51,364 bases of DNA from a virus (IMGVR_UViG_3300011443_000004:1-51364); one strand, 5' to 3'. Positions 37,172 through 48,286 are shown, counted from the stretch's first letter. Notes: generated from the letters alone by a model not told the origin. Translations and numbers: made by a program.

Positions 37172-38041
37172 CTACTTGGGCTCCGCGAGCCCGATGTCGT
37201 CGTCCTTCTCTGCCTTCCGGTGGTCCTTGTCCGCCGTATAACTACCTGCAAGAATCAGGCCGGACTTCTTGTCGTTCGTCCAGGTCGGGGAGATATACAG
37301 GGTGCTCGGTAGCCCCCACGCCCTGACCTTGTCCGGTTCGAGCCGCGTCAACGAGAGTCCGTCCTTCCGTGGTCGCCCTGCAGCCTTCACCTGAAACTGC
37401 ACCTGGTCGGCTGCGCCCTGCCAGTGCTTCGCGCCCCTCATGGTCCTACGCCCGCCCTTCTCGGTGCGTATCTTCGCGTGCTTGATAGGTATCGCCGTGG
37501 CTACCGGGTCCGTGAGGTTCATGAGCCGCTTGATACCCTTGATGCCCTGGTTCGCTTCGGCGTTGCTGTTCTCGTCCCCGATGTTGAGACAGGGGGTCGC
37601 CGTGTCGAAGAAGATAGCATGAGGCTTGATGGCCTGCACATACTCGCCGGCTACGGCCTCCCAATCCTCCGTCCCAAGCACGTCCGCCGCCACCCAGAAG
37701 TTGGTGTGCAGCATTCCCAGGTCTGGCTCCTTCTTGTTGGCGCGGGTGAGCCCCTGGAAGGCCCGCCGCAGATACTTGTTCCGGTCCTGACTGCTGTTCT
37801 CGTTGTCGAAGTAGAGCACTCGCTTGGGCTCGCCAGCGGGCACCAGGCCCGATAGCGCCGGACTCCCGCTCGCTATCGCCATGCCTATCGCCATGCACAG
37901 CAGTGACTTCCCCGCCCCCGGCTCGCCGGCCAAGCACACCATCGTGCCCTGCAGCCACAGGTTGGGCACGAGCCATTGCGGGTTCTCTTCTTCCGACGTT
38001 AGGATGTCCACGATTGGATTCTCGATGTCCTCAAGCTCCAT
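37172..38041 (-). CDS. RepA/AAA_25 RecA-family helicase
   Basis: PQWLVPNL..AGEPGAGKS, VLYFDNE, IFFDT, MRGA..W. Confidence 0.85.
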   Translation of the reverse strand: MELEDIENPIVDILTSEEENPQWLVPNLWLQGTMVCLAGEPGAGKSLLCMAIGMAIASGSPALSGLVPAGEPKRVLYFDNENSSQDRNKYLRRAFQGLTRANKKEPDLGMLHTNFWVAADVLGTEDWEAVAGEYVQAIKPHAIFFDTATPCLNIGDENSNAEANQGIKGIKRLMNLTDPVATAIPIKHAKIRTEKGGRRTMRGAKHWQGAADQVQFQVKAAGRPRKDGLSLTRLEPDKVRAWGLPSTLYISPTWTNDKKSGLILAGSYTADKDHRKAEKDDDIGLAEPK

Positions 38042-38064
38042 GTCCCCTCATGTCCTGCCTCCCT

Positions 38065-38160
38065 CGGAAACTAACCGAGTTTTTTCCTCGGTTTTTAATT
38101 CTCGTTTAGAATCAACGCTTTAGCGAAACGGAAAACCCCCACTACCTAGTAAGGTAGTTA
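38065..38160 (+). repeat. ~95 bp element, copy A (contains an IHF-like site)
   Basis: Inverted homolog of 48287-48382. Confidence 0.85.
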
Positions 38161-38166
38161 TCAGGA

Positions 38167-38475
38167 TTATTCGCCATCTATCAGGTTCGTCTCCCACATG
38201 CGGCGGCGATACAGGTCCCACGCCGCTGCGTAGGACTTCAGTGCGGCTTCCTCTTCAGGGGCCAGGCACTGGGGAGGACACTCAGCGGCATTCGGCCACT
38301 GGGCGTAGAAGGTGCCCGGGGTGTAGCCGCGCGCTCGATGCGGGCCACTGTGCCCCCGCGCCTGTGTGCAGGCCAGCCAGGAGCCGCTCGGTATCGGGCA
38401 CTGCTGCTCGCAACACGGAACCGCACGCGGTGTGCCAGCGACGTTCTCCGGGTCGGGTGAGCCTACGTCATACAT
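38167..38475 (-). CDS. Cys/His-rich hypothetical protein
   Basis: C..C..GHSGPH motif; AGGAG RBS. Confidence 0.55.
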   Translation of the reverse strand: MYDVGSPDPENVAGTPRAVPCCEQQCPIPSGSWLACTQARGHSGPHRARGYTPGTFYAQWPNAAECPPQCLAPEEEAALKSYAAAWDLYRRRMWETNLIDGE

Positions 38476-38595
38476 GGGGTTGTGCTCCTTGAAAAAAGGG
38501 ACCTAACCAGTGTCTCACGGTCCATACAGTTTTGTTCCCCGCTTAATGTGGTAGAGGACAACGAGTGTCCTCCACCATTAGTAGCGGTGTGTCCC

Positions 38596-39330
38596 CTACA
38601 GTCTCTTCAGGTTCTCAGGCAGCGAGCCGTGGTAAGACGGCTTGTCCCCGCTCGTGTTGAGCACCCAGACAAACTCCCGGCCCGTCACGCCGAACTGCGG
38701 CGCGTCAGCGGGTCGCGGGATGACGTGTCCGCGCCAGCCAGTGTTCGAGGATATGGCCGTCCGGTGGCCGATATACTCCACGAGCACCCCCCAGTCGAGC
38801 GGCTTGATGGGGGTGGGTAGCGGCTCCCACGGTGCCGGTCCACAGGTATTGATGTCGTTCAGGGCCTGCACAGCCGCCTGCACCTGCACCTTCACGGCAG
38901 CTTTCGCGTCTTCACGCGCCAGCCGCTGTTCGAGCTTCTCAATGCGCGCGAGCATCCCTGTCTCCAGCCCGTCACGGTGGCCGTTCGTCTTCTCCAGGTC
39001 CGTCACGCGGCGAATCACCCGGTCGAGAGTCGTGCCTACGTGGTCGATGCGCTCGGCCAGCTTCGAGTCTACCTTCTCGGCAGTGATGGCTACCTGCGAG
39101 ATACTCGCCGTTGCCGCATCCATGCTGCGCCTCTGGTCGGCGTAGACGCTATCCACTCCCGCCTTGACGGCCGATACCTGCACGGTCAGCGAGCGCTGGA
39201 TAGCCTTGAGCACGCCTATCTCCCTGTCCTGCTCGGTGAGGACCTTGGTCGCCAGCTTCAGGTTGGCATGGGCCTGCTCGACATCCTTCATGAGCACGGG
39301 CACTTGTGCGAGCGTTTCGCTAACAGTCAT
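38596..39330 (-). CDS. Coiled-coil hypothetical protein
   Basis: 244 aa with heptads. Confidence 0.75.
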   Translation of the reverse strand: MTVSETLAQVPVLMKDVEQAHANLKLATKVLTEQDREIGVLKAIQRSLTVQVSAVKAGVDSVYADQRRSMDAATASISQVAITAEKVDSKLAERIDHVGTTLDRVIRRVTDLEKTNGHRDGLETGMLARIEKLEQRLAREDAKAAVKVQVQAAVQALNDINTCGPAPWEPLPTPIKPLDWGVLVEYIGHRTAISSNTGWRGHVIPRPADAPQFGVTGREFVWVLNTSGDKPSYHGSLPENLKRL

Positions 39331-42022
39331 CTATTCCCCTCCTTCGGTAGTCGCACAGCCACGACGTTGTGCGTAAGTGGTTCGAGCAGGCCAATAATGG
39401 CCGCGTTGTCGAGCCTGCCCTCGGCAGTCACGGTCCCATCATCGGCTACAGAGTAAAAGAATGTGAGGTCGTCGGGGTGGTCCCCCATCCACGCCAGCCG
39501 CTTGTCGCTGATGACGTAGCGCGCATACTTCGCTTGCTTTCCGATGACGCTAACGGTGTATGGGCGCTCGCCGTGTAGGCGCGCGTGCTCGGCCTCCGCT
39601 GCGTCCCCGACGACGATGCCCATCATCGGAGAGAAAGGTCGGCGAATATCTCGCCCCCTTCCCTCCAAGATAGCGCGGCGAACGATGGTCACGCTGTCAC
39701 CGCGAGGTAGATGATGGCGAGCGTAGCCGTGACGAGCCAGAAGAACCCGTAGGCGCGTTGCCGGCGAAGGTGCGTGGTCGCGTGGGACAGTGCCCGCAGC
39801 ACCTGCGTGTGGTGCGTGAGAATCTCGCTCAGGTCCTTGTCCCCGATGCCTCGAACGAAAGTTGACTTCTTCATGTGTGTGTCCTCTCCAGTGAACAGCC
39901 AGTTACTAGCTAGTTACTTACTCTGCAAGCTGCGTGCCGATGATGGCCGCAGCCCGTCGTGCCGTCTCGCGCTGCCCGCTGCAGTAGCCGGGATACTCCC
40001 GCCCGGGGGTGTTTGCGTTCGGGCTGCTGCTCTTGATGAGCTTGGCGAGAATGGGATGGCCCGCCCCCTGCGCCCGCGCCTGCTCCTTCTTCGAGCCCGC
40101 GCCCACCTTCAGGAGCGCGAGCACCGCGACTATCGCCGCGTTGAACCGCTGTTGAACCCTACCTAGTCCCGCCATTTAGACGACCTCCTGTGCGGTAAAC
40201 GTGAACGGCTTCATCGCTGCGCGCCCGCCCTGACCCCTGTCGAAGGCCAGGATGAAAGCCGTTGCCTCAGCCGGCAGCAGAAGCTGCCGCCGATACTTGT
40301 CCTTGACGATGCTACCCGCGAAGATAGTATCGCTGCCGACAGCGATGTTCTTACGCCGCAGCTTACGCTTGGCCGCGAGCGCAACCGGGCAGAAGCTGCA
40401 GCTTCGCTGCACGCCGCTGTTGATGTCCGCCTGCGTGACGGTGATAACGACCGGCTTGAATCCGTTAGGATGTTGCATCGGGTGCCTCCCCCTGGTTCTT
40501 CTTCGCCAGTATCCGCTGGCGTCGGCTCAGGCCCTGCTTGGCCCGGTCCCGGCAGATGCCCTCCCACCGCGTGACCATGCGCCGTGACGCAAAGGCCCCA
40601 TCGGGGTTGACGACCGTGCGGAACTTCTCAAGGTCCCGCTGGCCCGCTTCCCTGTTGGAAAGCTGCTCATACTTGGTAGCCGCAGCTACCGCTTCCGTGC
40701 GCATGGCGAGCCCGATAGCCGCCAGCGGTAGACCCTCATACTTGTTCTGTCTGCTCATGCCTTCTCCCCTGCTATGGTGGCGAATATCTCGTCCACCGAT
40801 ATGTCTACGGTCTTCCCCTTGAGTGTCACCGACAGGAACCCCCACTGGTCGAGTGGGATGCGCAGCCGCGCTCGTGTGGTCTGCAGTCCCGTGGGGTTAT
40901 CCTTCCCCTGCGCGAAGGCTCGAACGTCTGCCAGGGGCAGCGCCAGCACCGCGAGGATAGCCTGTCGCCTAGTCAAGGGCGTCAAGGTCTGGGTCCTCTG
41001 CACGCATGTTGGCATATGCCGTTTCGTCTTCACTGGTCACGCCACCGCGCGGAGCGATGCCGCCTATCGAAGACCCCCGCGTGCTGTGGTGCTGTCCCGG
41101 CCAGTGCATCAGCACTCCCGCCCAGGTCGCCGCCGCGTTGCCATGTCGGAGCACGCCGAGTGCGCCCGCTGGTGCCATGACTAACTTCATCCGCTGGTCC
41201 CGTGTCAGTGTCTTTACTTCACTCATGGTCCGTCTTCTCCCCTGCAAAAGTAGCATTGAAATTCTGGGTCCTCTGGGTCGTCTACGACGGGCGTCACTGG
41301 CTCGCTCGCCCGCCCGAAGAAGCACATAACATCGCCCGCTTCGAGCTTGGGCCGGTGTCGGTCGCACGACTGGAACGTGTAGTCCTCCGGTCCAGCCTCG
41401 AACTGCAGCGTGCGCTCGCACGTTACTAGCTCACTTGCCACTCGTGTATCCTCCCACAAAGCACTCTTCACTCTCCGACCACACGCTGACGGCGACGATG
41501 GTATCCCGTGGGTCAGCGAGCAGCGCCTGTGCCTCTTCTGCAATATCCGCGCCATGCTGCGTGCTGCCGGCGAGAACCTCGCTGGTGCTGGTCCCCTTCT
41601 TCCGTGGGTGGGGCCTGCAGACGACCAGCTTGTAGGGGCCTCGATGCCGGTCCCAGAAGGGTAGACTCATCGCCCCTTCTCCAGGTCGAAGCCGCACAGC
41701 GGGCACTCGTGCTGCGCCTGCTTCGAGAACCAGCGTTCGCACATGCCGCAATACCAGTGGGCTATACGTTTCTTCACAGTAACTCTCCCATCTGCTGTAT
41801 CCGGCCTTCGAGGTCTTCGATGCGTGCCGCCGCCCCCGCTTCCCCCTGCTCGCGCGCTAGGACGGCCCGTAGCACGTCCAGGGTTCCGTTTGCAGAGCCG
41901 TGGCGGTTCAGCCGCTCGATGGTCGCCTGCGCCAGGCTGAGGGCCTCCACGACGGTCACAGTGGAGACTGGTTCGGCCCGCAGGGCGTCGTAAGTCAACG
42001 CCGGGATATCTCTGTCGCTCAT
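39327..42022 (-). other. Cluster of about 12 small overlapping early-gene ORFs of unknown function
   Basis: Approximate coordinates: 39327-39692, 39689-39874, 39918-40175, 40176-40478, 40465-40758, 40755-40976 (twin-Arg-like signal), 40969-41226, 41223-41441, 41431-41670, 41667-41777, 41774-42022; mostly overlap-coupled. Confidence 0.65.
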
Positions 42023-42396
42023 GGCAAGTCCCCTTCAAGCTCCCACAGCTTCTCAAGGTCGTCTCGATTCTGCAGGAACAGTTCATCCGTCCGGTCCACG
42101 AAGAAGTCGCGCGTTGTCCTCGATATGTTACGTGTCCCCTTTCCGAGACACCCGCTGCACTGGGGCGGGTCGCGGTCGGGGTCCAGGCCCGCTATCGCAA
42201 TGTAGCCGTTGCCGCCGCAGCCCGGGCAGTCCACCGCTTCGAGCCGGTCGCGGAGGTCAGCGATGCGCGCCTCCAGGTCCGCCAGGGCCTCGCGCTCTGC
42301 GTGCGGGTTGTAGCCGCACCGTGGGCAATCGTGCTGCCCGTCGTCCTCGTCCTCCATCACGCGAAAGTGTCGTCTGCAGTGTGAGCAAGTCGCCAT
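42019..42396 (-). CDS. Zn-finger protein with DnaJ-type CxxCxGxG repeats
   Basis: CSHC, CPRCG, CPGCGGNG, CSGCLGKG. Confidence 0.7.
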   Translation of the reverse strand: MATCSHCRRHFRVMEDEDDGQHDCPRCGYNPHAEREALADLEARIADLRDRLEAVDCPGCGGNGYIAIAGLDPDRDPPQCSGCLGKGTRNISRTTRDFFVDRTDELFLQNRDDLEKLWELEGDLP

Positions 42397-42755
42397 CAGT
42401 AAAACCCTCCGGTCACGGGACGCACCCGCATGGTCACGGGTTTGATTCTGTCATCCTTTGTGGTCAATTCGCTGGTCACGCAGTCCTTACATGCAATCGC
42501 CGCGCCATTGCGCCTCAGCCTCGACAGGCCCGCCTGCGTTTGCGTGATGTCCTTCGAGCACAGGGTGCAGCGGAAGCTGGCTGCATGGACATAGGCGAGC
42601 GTGCCCCATTCTGGCCCTGCCTTCGTGTCGTATATGTGCCAGACGTTTGCGGGCACAGGTCGAAGCCTCCGACCATCGAGCGTGATGTCCCCTTTTGTGG
42701 GCGCGGGTGTCACCACGAACCAATGGTCTTTTCGGTCGGCGCGGTAGTCCCTCAT
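42396..42755 (-). CDS. Zn-finger hypothetical protein
   Basis: CTLC...CKDC; start at MRDYRA. Confidence 0.55.
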   Translation of the reverse strand: MRDYRADRKDHWFVVTPAPTKGDITLDGRRLRPVPANVWHIYDTKAGPEWGTLAYVHAASFRCTLCSKDITQTQAGLSRLRRNGAAIACKDCVTSELTTKDDRIKPVTMRVRPVTGGFY

Positions 42756-43114
42756 ACGGCGCTCACCGTGTAGGTGCGCAACAGGCGCGCATAGGTGCGC
42801 CGGAAGGGCTCGCCATGCGAAGTCCCCCGCATCTTGCGTGGCTTGCGGTCGTTCAGGACGTGTGCGCACTCATGGAGCACGCTATCGAGCTTAATGCGCC
42901 GCTGGCTGTCGCAGGAGAGGTAGATTGCGCGCGTCCCCCAGGCCCAGGAGCCTCGAATACGCTTCGCTTGGATGTGGACCTTAGGCCCCACTATCTCGCG
43001 CGCTATATCGAGCGCTACGGCCTCAGGGAACTTGCGTTGCGCCAGGCATAGGTGCGCCAGGTCGCCGTGGCTGTTCAGCCAGCGGACCACGTTCGTGTAG
43101 TCCAGTGCGCTCAC
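42752..43114 (-). CDS. SprT-like HExxH metalloprotease
   Basis: VLHECAHV...HGEPF. Confidence 0.7.
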   Translation of the reverse strand: MSALDYTNVVRWLNSHGDLAHLCLAQRKFPEAVALDIAREIVGPKVHIQAKRIRGSWAWGTRAIYLSCDSQRRIKLDSVLHECAHVLNDRKPRKMRGTSHGEPFRRTYARLLRTYTVSAV

Positions 43115-44810
43115 AGCCCTAGCCCCAACTGCACGGAGGTATCGGGCGCAGTCTCCGCGACGGGTATCACGACCTCGAAAGGCTCGCCATAGTCGATGGA
43201 GCGCTTCATGCTCCCGACCTTGCCCATGTCTGCACCGTGGTCGCGCAGGCTCGCCTCGGCCAGCTTCAGGTCCGCGCCGGTCCCGTGGTAGCGGATAGCG
43301 CGCGGCTCGTTCGGATGTATCTCGAACTGGGGGAACGACTGCAGTGCCTGCAGCGCCAGGGCCGGCGAGTGCCAGAGTATGCAGATGGTGGCGCTGTAGT
43401 CGCCCCAGAAGTGGTGCTGCAACTGCCCCTTGCCGATGATGCCTGCACGCATGCTACTCTCCCTGCGCGGCAATGCGCGCCTTTTCCGCCTGCACTCGCG
43501 CGGTCAGGGCCTCGACTGCGCCCATGTAGTCACGCGCCTTGAAGGTGAGCCCCGTATGTCGCGCCGCCGCCGCCATCATAGCCTTCGGCGTATAGGCCCG
43601 GTTCGGTCGCATGCCCGTCGCGGCATACATGCGGAGGCCACTGGCGAGCACCGCCATAGCGAACACGTCTACGGCCCCCGGTCCACTGAACGAGCGCGCA
43701 TTGCCCTGTTCGTCGTATGTGATGTTGTCCATGCTACTCTCCCCAGATGATGATGTTCATACCTGCGAGGGGTCCTGCACAAGCTGTGCCGCCGCGCGCC
43801 GCAGCCGATACGCCGTGCGCGCCTCCACGAACGCATCGAGCACCGCCCGGTCCCTGTCCGTCAGCCCCAGGCAGAAGGTCGAGCGAAACTGTGCAATCTC
43901 TGCATCGTCCGAGTAGGGCGACACTGCCCAATTCTGCACATGCCCGTTGCCGTCGATGTAGAGCACCCGCACCATGCTGTAGGTAGACGCCTTTGGCTTG
44001 TTCCAGGGCTTGTTCCAGAATTCAACCGGCCGCTTAGGGTCGGTCGTCTGGCTCACCACGCGCTGCCCATTCTTGTTCGTCTCAATCCAGACGCGCTTCT
44101 TGCAGCGTAGGATGCGCCCATACGGGTAGTCCGCGATGATATACGCCGTTTCAGGGCTCGTGTGGCCGCTCAGCACCGTGATACCTGTCGGAAATTCCAT
44201 CGTCTACTTCTCCAGCGCTAACAGTAGCGCAATCTGTCTGTCTCGAAGTCTCGCCATCCGCTTCGACATCTCATCCTGCACAGCCTGTGCCAAGTCAATC
44301 ATGCTCTCGACCGCATGTAATTGCGACTTCAGCGCCAGGCGCAGCGCAGCATCGACCTCGGCGGGTGACGGTTGATTGTCCACCTTAGGCTCCAACAGTG
44401 TCCCCCTCGTATGTGTCGAGTGCCTCGATTGACGCCTCCAGATTGCGCGCCGACGTTTCGAGCCTGTTTGCACTCTCGCGCGCATCCGCTATCTGGCGCA
44501 GCTTCGCGCGCTGCGTCGTGCGCACCAGGCGCAATTGCCTCTCCAGATAGCTTCGTGTCGCTGTTCGTTCCTGTGCTGTCATGTCTCCCCCTCACCACAT
44601 TGGCGCAGTGCGGCGTAGTTCCCACTGCGCATCCTCGCTCGCACGTTCCCACAACCGCCATTGGTCAGGGAGTGGCGCGTCTATCGCCTCGAAGTCGCGT
44701 TGCATCGCCGCCCACAAGTTGATGATGCCTTGCAGGTTCTTGGCTCGCTGTAGCCGCGTGAGCCTCCCCCGATACAGCGTGCAGAGTTTCTGAGCCTTTG
44801 CGTAGTCCAC
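43111..44810 (-). other. Cluster of about six early ORFs
   Basis: 43111-43452, 43454-43732, 43757-44200 (DYPYG motif), about 44204-44380, 44385-44582, 44592-44810; most have a purine-rich RBS. Confidence 0.65.
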
Positions 44811-44851
44811 TATCTACCTCCCCCGGTCCAATCCCGGTCCCCGGTCCCGTG

Positions 44852-44867
44852 TGCAAGCGGGATGCCA
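44852..44867 (-). promoter_or_regulatory. sigma54-type promoter of the leftward early operon
   Basis: TGGCATCCCGCTTGCA, 42 nt upstream of the GTG at 44810. Confidence 0.7.
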
Positions 44868-45028
44868 GGCAGGTTCACGGCATTGCACACCTGCCCGTAA
44901 CTGCCCGCAGCTTCCGCATAGCGCACGCTACTGTTCATCACTGCGCGCCACTTGCCGTCGCTGCCGGCCGTTGCACCCGCTTGCACCTACTTGCACACTC
45001 TGTCTTGTCGTCGCACGTCATGACAAGG

Positions 45029-45044
45029 TGCATACGCCGTGCCA
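45029..45044 (-). promoter_or_regulatory. Second leftward sigma54-type promoter
   Basis: TGGCACGGCGTATGCA. Confidence 0.7.
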
Positions 45045-45180
45045 GTGCAGTTCTGTGCAGGCCCGCTCGCCGGCCGCGCCAAAGTGTGCAATACCACGCA
45101 GAGCCTCGAAAGTCTAGTGCCGAACTGTGCAATGTCAGAATTTCTGGAGGACAGCGAGTGTCCACTATTGGGGAATGTCC

Positions 45181-45198
45181 TTTAGAATCAACAAGTTA
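45181..45198 (+). promoter_or_regulatory. IHF-like binding site
   Basis: TTTAG-AATCAACAAGTTA matches WATCAANNNNTTR. Confidence 0.65.
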
Positions 45199-45203
45199 GC
45201 GTT

Positions 45204-45219
45204 TGGCATAGCGCCTGCA
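45204..45219 (+). promoter_or_regulatory. Rightward sigma54-type promoter
   Basis: TGGCATAGCGCCTGCA; predicted +1 near the ATG at 45232. Confidence 0.7.
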
Positions 45220-45231
45220 GTATCTGTCAGC

Positions 45232-46074
45232 ATGGCAACGCTACAATCAATCAAGGCGCTACATGTTGGTGATACGGTAACGCTATTCGGACAGACCTTG
45301 ACCGTAACCGCGAGTGTGGACCTTGACGGTAAAGGCGTTGTAATTGCGCGAAAGGATAACCGCGTATACGCAAGGCGCGTCTACTTTGTTGAGCGTATCG
45401 GCGGGTATCGTAGCCGATGGTATAGGCTGGAGGCATAATGGTAACGCGCACCCTTTACACAATTGCACTCGTCGGTCTGTTCGGTTCGGTCAATGTTAGC
45501 GCGCAAGAGATAGCCGCAACAATTGCGGATATCCTCGCGCTACTTTCCTGAGGTATCAATCAATGAATAACGAAGTTTACATCCTGCCGAAGGCGCTATC
45601 ATCGGACGATAATTGCCCGCCGTTCGTGGCAGACGTTCAAACGCCTGCGTTTTACGCTGCAGACGATAGGCGCGCGCGTTGCGTCGTTTGCGCGTTGCCT
45701 GTAGAGCCTGCAGAATTCAACGTCTGCAAGGCGCACGCTGGCGTTACCTCGGCCGAATTCGGCGCAGCGCTGAAGGATAACCGATAATGCGCGCCTACAT
45801 GCTACATACTGAAAGCCTGCCGAACCTTTCCGCAATCGTCGCGCGCTATTTCAAAGGCGCTACCATCTTGCACGGTCTAGGCCTGTATATCGGGCAATTG
45901 GAGTCTAGCGCTACCGTCCTGATATACGCGGACGCAAACGCAGAGCATACCTCGATTGCGGCACTTGCGGACGCTATCGTGCGCGAGAATCGGCAAGATT
46001 GCGTGCTAGTCTCTGTCGCGCCAGTAACGCTCTACACTGCCACGCATGCCGGCCTCACAAAGGTAGCGCAGTGA
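45232..46074 (+). other. Four small ORFs of the compositionally distinct island
   Basis: 45232-45438, about 45438-45550, 45563-45787, 45787-46074. Confidence 0.6.
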
Positions 46075-46730
46075 AACGCGCGCCTAGACTCAAGTTTGAC
46101 GCGCATAAATTGCGCTCGAACATTGCGCACGTTTATAGCCTTGCAACGCGCGAGGATATCGACAAGGGTTCGCAATGGTATCCACTCGCGCATAACATCG
46201 TCCGCGAGTGGGCAGATACATACGGCCGTTCTATCGGTAACGTAGCCTGCGTTGTTGCGGCCCTTAGTCCGCAAAATGAGTGGACGCGCAACCTACTGCA
46301 GGCGTCCGATATCCTCGCCGGCAATCGTCCTACCATTGGAGGTATAGAAACCAATATCCGCAAGGCGCAGGCGATAGCAAACGACCTTGCGACCGATACC
46401 CTTGCATACTTTCCAAGTGGGTATAAGGTTCGGTCTTTTGCCTGCAATCTAGCAGGCGATAGCGCTATCGTGACATGTGATACGCACGCCTTGCAGATTG
46501 CGCTAGGTTCGCCACTCGCGCGCGTTACCTTTCGCAATTGGTCACAATACGCAGAGGTAGCAAACGCCTATCAGGATGTAGCCGCAATGATGGGCCTCGA
46601 ACCTAGCACGTTACAGGCTACGACGTGGATAACGTGGAAGCGTATTTATCCTCCGGAGGATAAACGCGCACTAATCCACCAAAGCAAGATAGCGCGCACG
46701 CAAAAAGGCGCGCGAAGGAAAGGCAGATAA
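46071..46730 (+). CDS. HhH-GPD DNA-glycosylase-like phage protein (DUF7178-like)
   Basis: G..WY, VAALSPQNEW..N, KVRSF..N, VTCDTHA, LQATTW. Confidence 0.6.
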   Translation: MKRAPRLKFDAHKLRSNIAHVYSLATREDIDKGSQWYPLAHNIVREWADTYGRSIGNVACVVAALSPQNEWTRNLLQASDILAGNRPTIGGIETNIRKAQAIANDLATDTLAYFPSGYKVRSFACNLAGDSAIVTCDTHALQIALGSPLARVTFRNWSQYAEVANAYQDVAAMMGLEPSTLQATTWITWKRIYPPEDKRALIHQSKIARTQKGARRKGR

Positions 46731-46731
46731 C

Positions 46732-47055
46732 ATGAAAGGCAAACGCGCTACCGTCCTAGGTTCGGGTATGAGTGCTGCAGCGTTAGCAGCCGATACCGAA
46801 CAATCGGATATTGAATACATCATTGAAAGGCAACGCAAGGCGCGCGAGGATAGCGCGCGCAAGGCAACGCGCAAACGATACGACTACGTTTCGGCTATCT
46901 CCGCGTATGAATCCGGAGAGTTAGACGATAGCGCCACAATCGAGCTTTTCGATTATCTGCTACGTTCCGGCGTGATATACGCCTTGCAAGGTTCTTATCA
47001 GCGTATGGCGCAGGCTCTAATCGACGCTGGCGAGATAGGCCACAATGCGCGCTAG
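46732..47055 (+). CDS. Hypothetical protein
   Basis: AYESGEL..LF..L..SG..LQGSYQRMA phage motif. Confidence 0.65.
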   Translation: MKGKRATVLGSGMSAAALAADTEQSDIEYIIERQRKAREDSARKATRKRYDYVSAISAYESGELDDSATIELFDYLLRSGVIYALQGSYQRMAQALIDAGEIGHNAR

Positions 47056-47335
47056 GCCTAACGCCGAACCTTTGGCGCGCGATATCTCGGCCGAACCTTT
47101 GCGCCGATACGATGATACGCGCGCACGCGATAAGGCGCGCATCATTGGAGTAGCGCTAGACTTGCTCGAACAATCGGCAGTAGACGCAACAAAGGGCTAT
47201 ACCGCGCCTGCATACTCGTTTATTGCAGGCTCTGCAGATATCTCCGTCGATAGGTTCTCGAACGACTACGACGCGCGCGCCAACTATATCCGCGCCTTGC
47301 TAGCCGATATCCGCTCGAACCTGCTACCGTTCTGA
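47045..47335 (+). CDS. Hypothetical protein
   Basis: Overlap-coupled. Confidence 0.6.
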   Translation: MRARPNAEPLARDISAEPLRRYDDTRARDKARIIGVALDLLEQSAVDATKGYTAPAYSFIAGSADISVDRFSNDYDARANYIRALLADIRSNLLPF

Positions 47336-47509
47336 GGTAACGCAATGGACCCACAAACGACGCGCGAGGATATCGCTGCAGGCGAGTGGACGATAGAGTG
47401 CGAAGTATGTGATACGACTACCGTAGTCGTCTGCAGACATGAACCTAATCAATGCCCCAACTGCGGCAGCGTTTTCGGGCATGAAGTAACGCCCGGGCGT
47501 ATCGACTAA

Positions 47510-48280
47510 CATCCTGCCAACTGGCGCGCTAGGCTACGGTCTGGCGCGCTATCCTTTCCCTACCCTACCCGATACCCTACCCGATACGCTCGAACGTCCT
47601 AGCAGGCGCAGGCGCGTTACCTCGCGCGTTAGCAGGCGCGTTAGCAGGCGCAGGCGCTAGGCTCTGCTCTACTGCTTACGCTCGAACGTGGCGCAGTATA
47701 TAGTCCCTTGCGTTACTTACCTACTGACTAGGACGCTAGGCACCGCCGCACCCTGCCAACTGCGCGCCTGAATAGTCCCCCCTGCCATATGCCAATCGGC
47801 TAGTATTGCGGTTAATATAGCGGTTAATTAAACGGCTAGTATCTAGGCCAAGTATCTGCAGGGTATTAGGCTGTGCCAACACTAGCTGGCATGAGGCAAG
47901 GCGGGCTCGAAGATAGTGTGCAATCCGGCCCGAATGCGTGCAAGTGCGTGCAGTTCCGTGCAGCAAGGGGGGGGGGACCCCCGCGAGCGATGGCCCTGGC
48001 CCCCCGGGGGCGGTGTCTGCGCAAAATTTTTGCAGAATTCGTCCCCTTAGGAGGACAATAGGCGGCGGGCTATGGGCGCGGGCACCGCCAATAGGCGCGG
48101 GCCTATCGACAGGAAGTGCTTGCGTTCGCACAGCAGCAGATGCTTGTGCTTACCCAGGCGGGGAAATGCCCAGCGAATCGCCGGCTAGGTGGGCAGAGGT
48201 CCGGAGTCGCGCGGCTCCCGGGCATGGACATGTCGGTCGCCGCTAGGGTGCAGGTATGAGCAGTATTGGATACTCCGAAT
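47510..48280. other. Non-coding region with short repeats and a G-run; probable genome-end/packaging region
   Basis: CCCTACCCGATA x2, AGCAGGCGC x3, a long G run at about 47967, GCAAAATTTTTGC; upstream of the terS region. Confidence 0.5.
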
Positions 48281-48286
48281 AATGCA

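Noticed and set aside
38422-38437. Additional sigma54-like match TGGCACACCGCGTGCG (-)
   Set aside because: Inside a CDS with a weaker -12; may be chance. Near-matches at about 8, 47870 and 48944 have wrong spacing or lack the -12 GC.
43450-43743. Repeat CATGCTACTCTCCC at 43450 and 43730
   Set aside because: Explained as a shared stop/RBS/start junction of adjacent genes.
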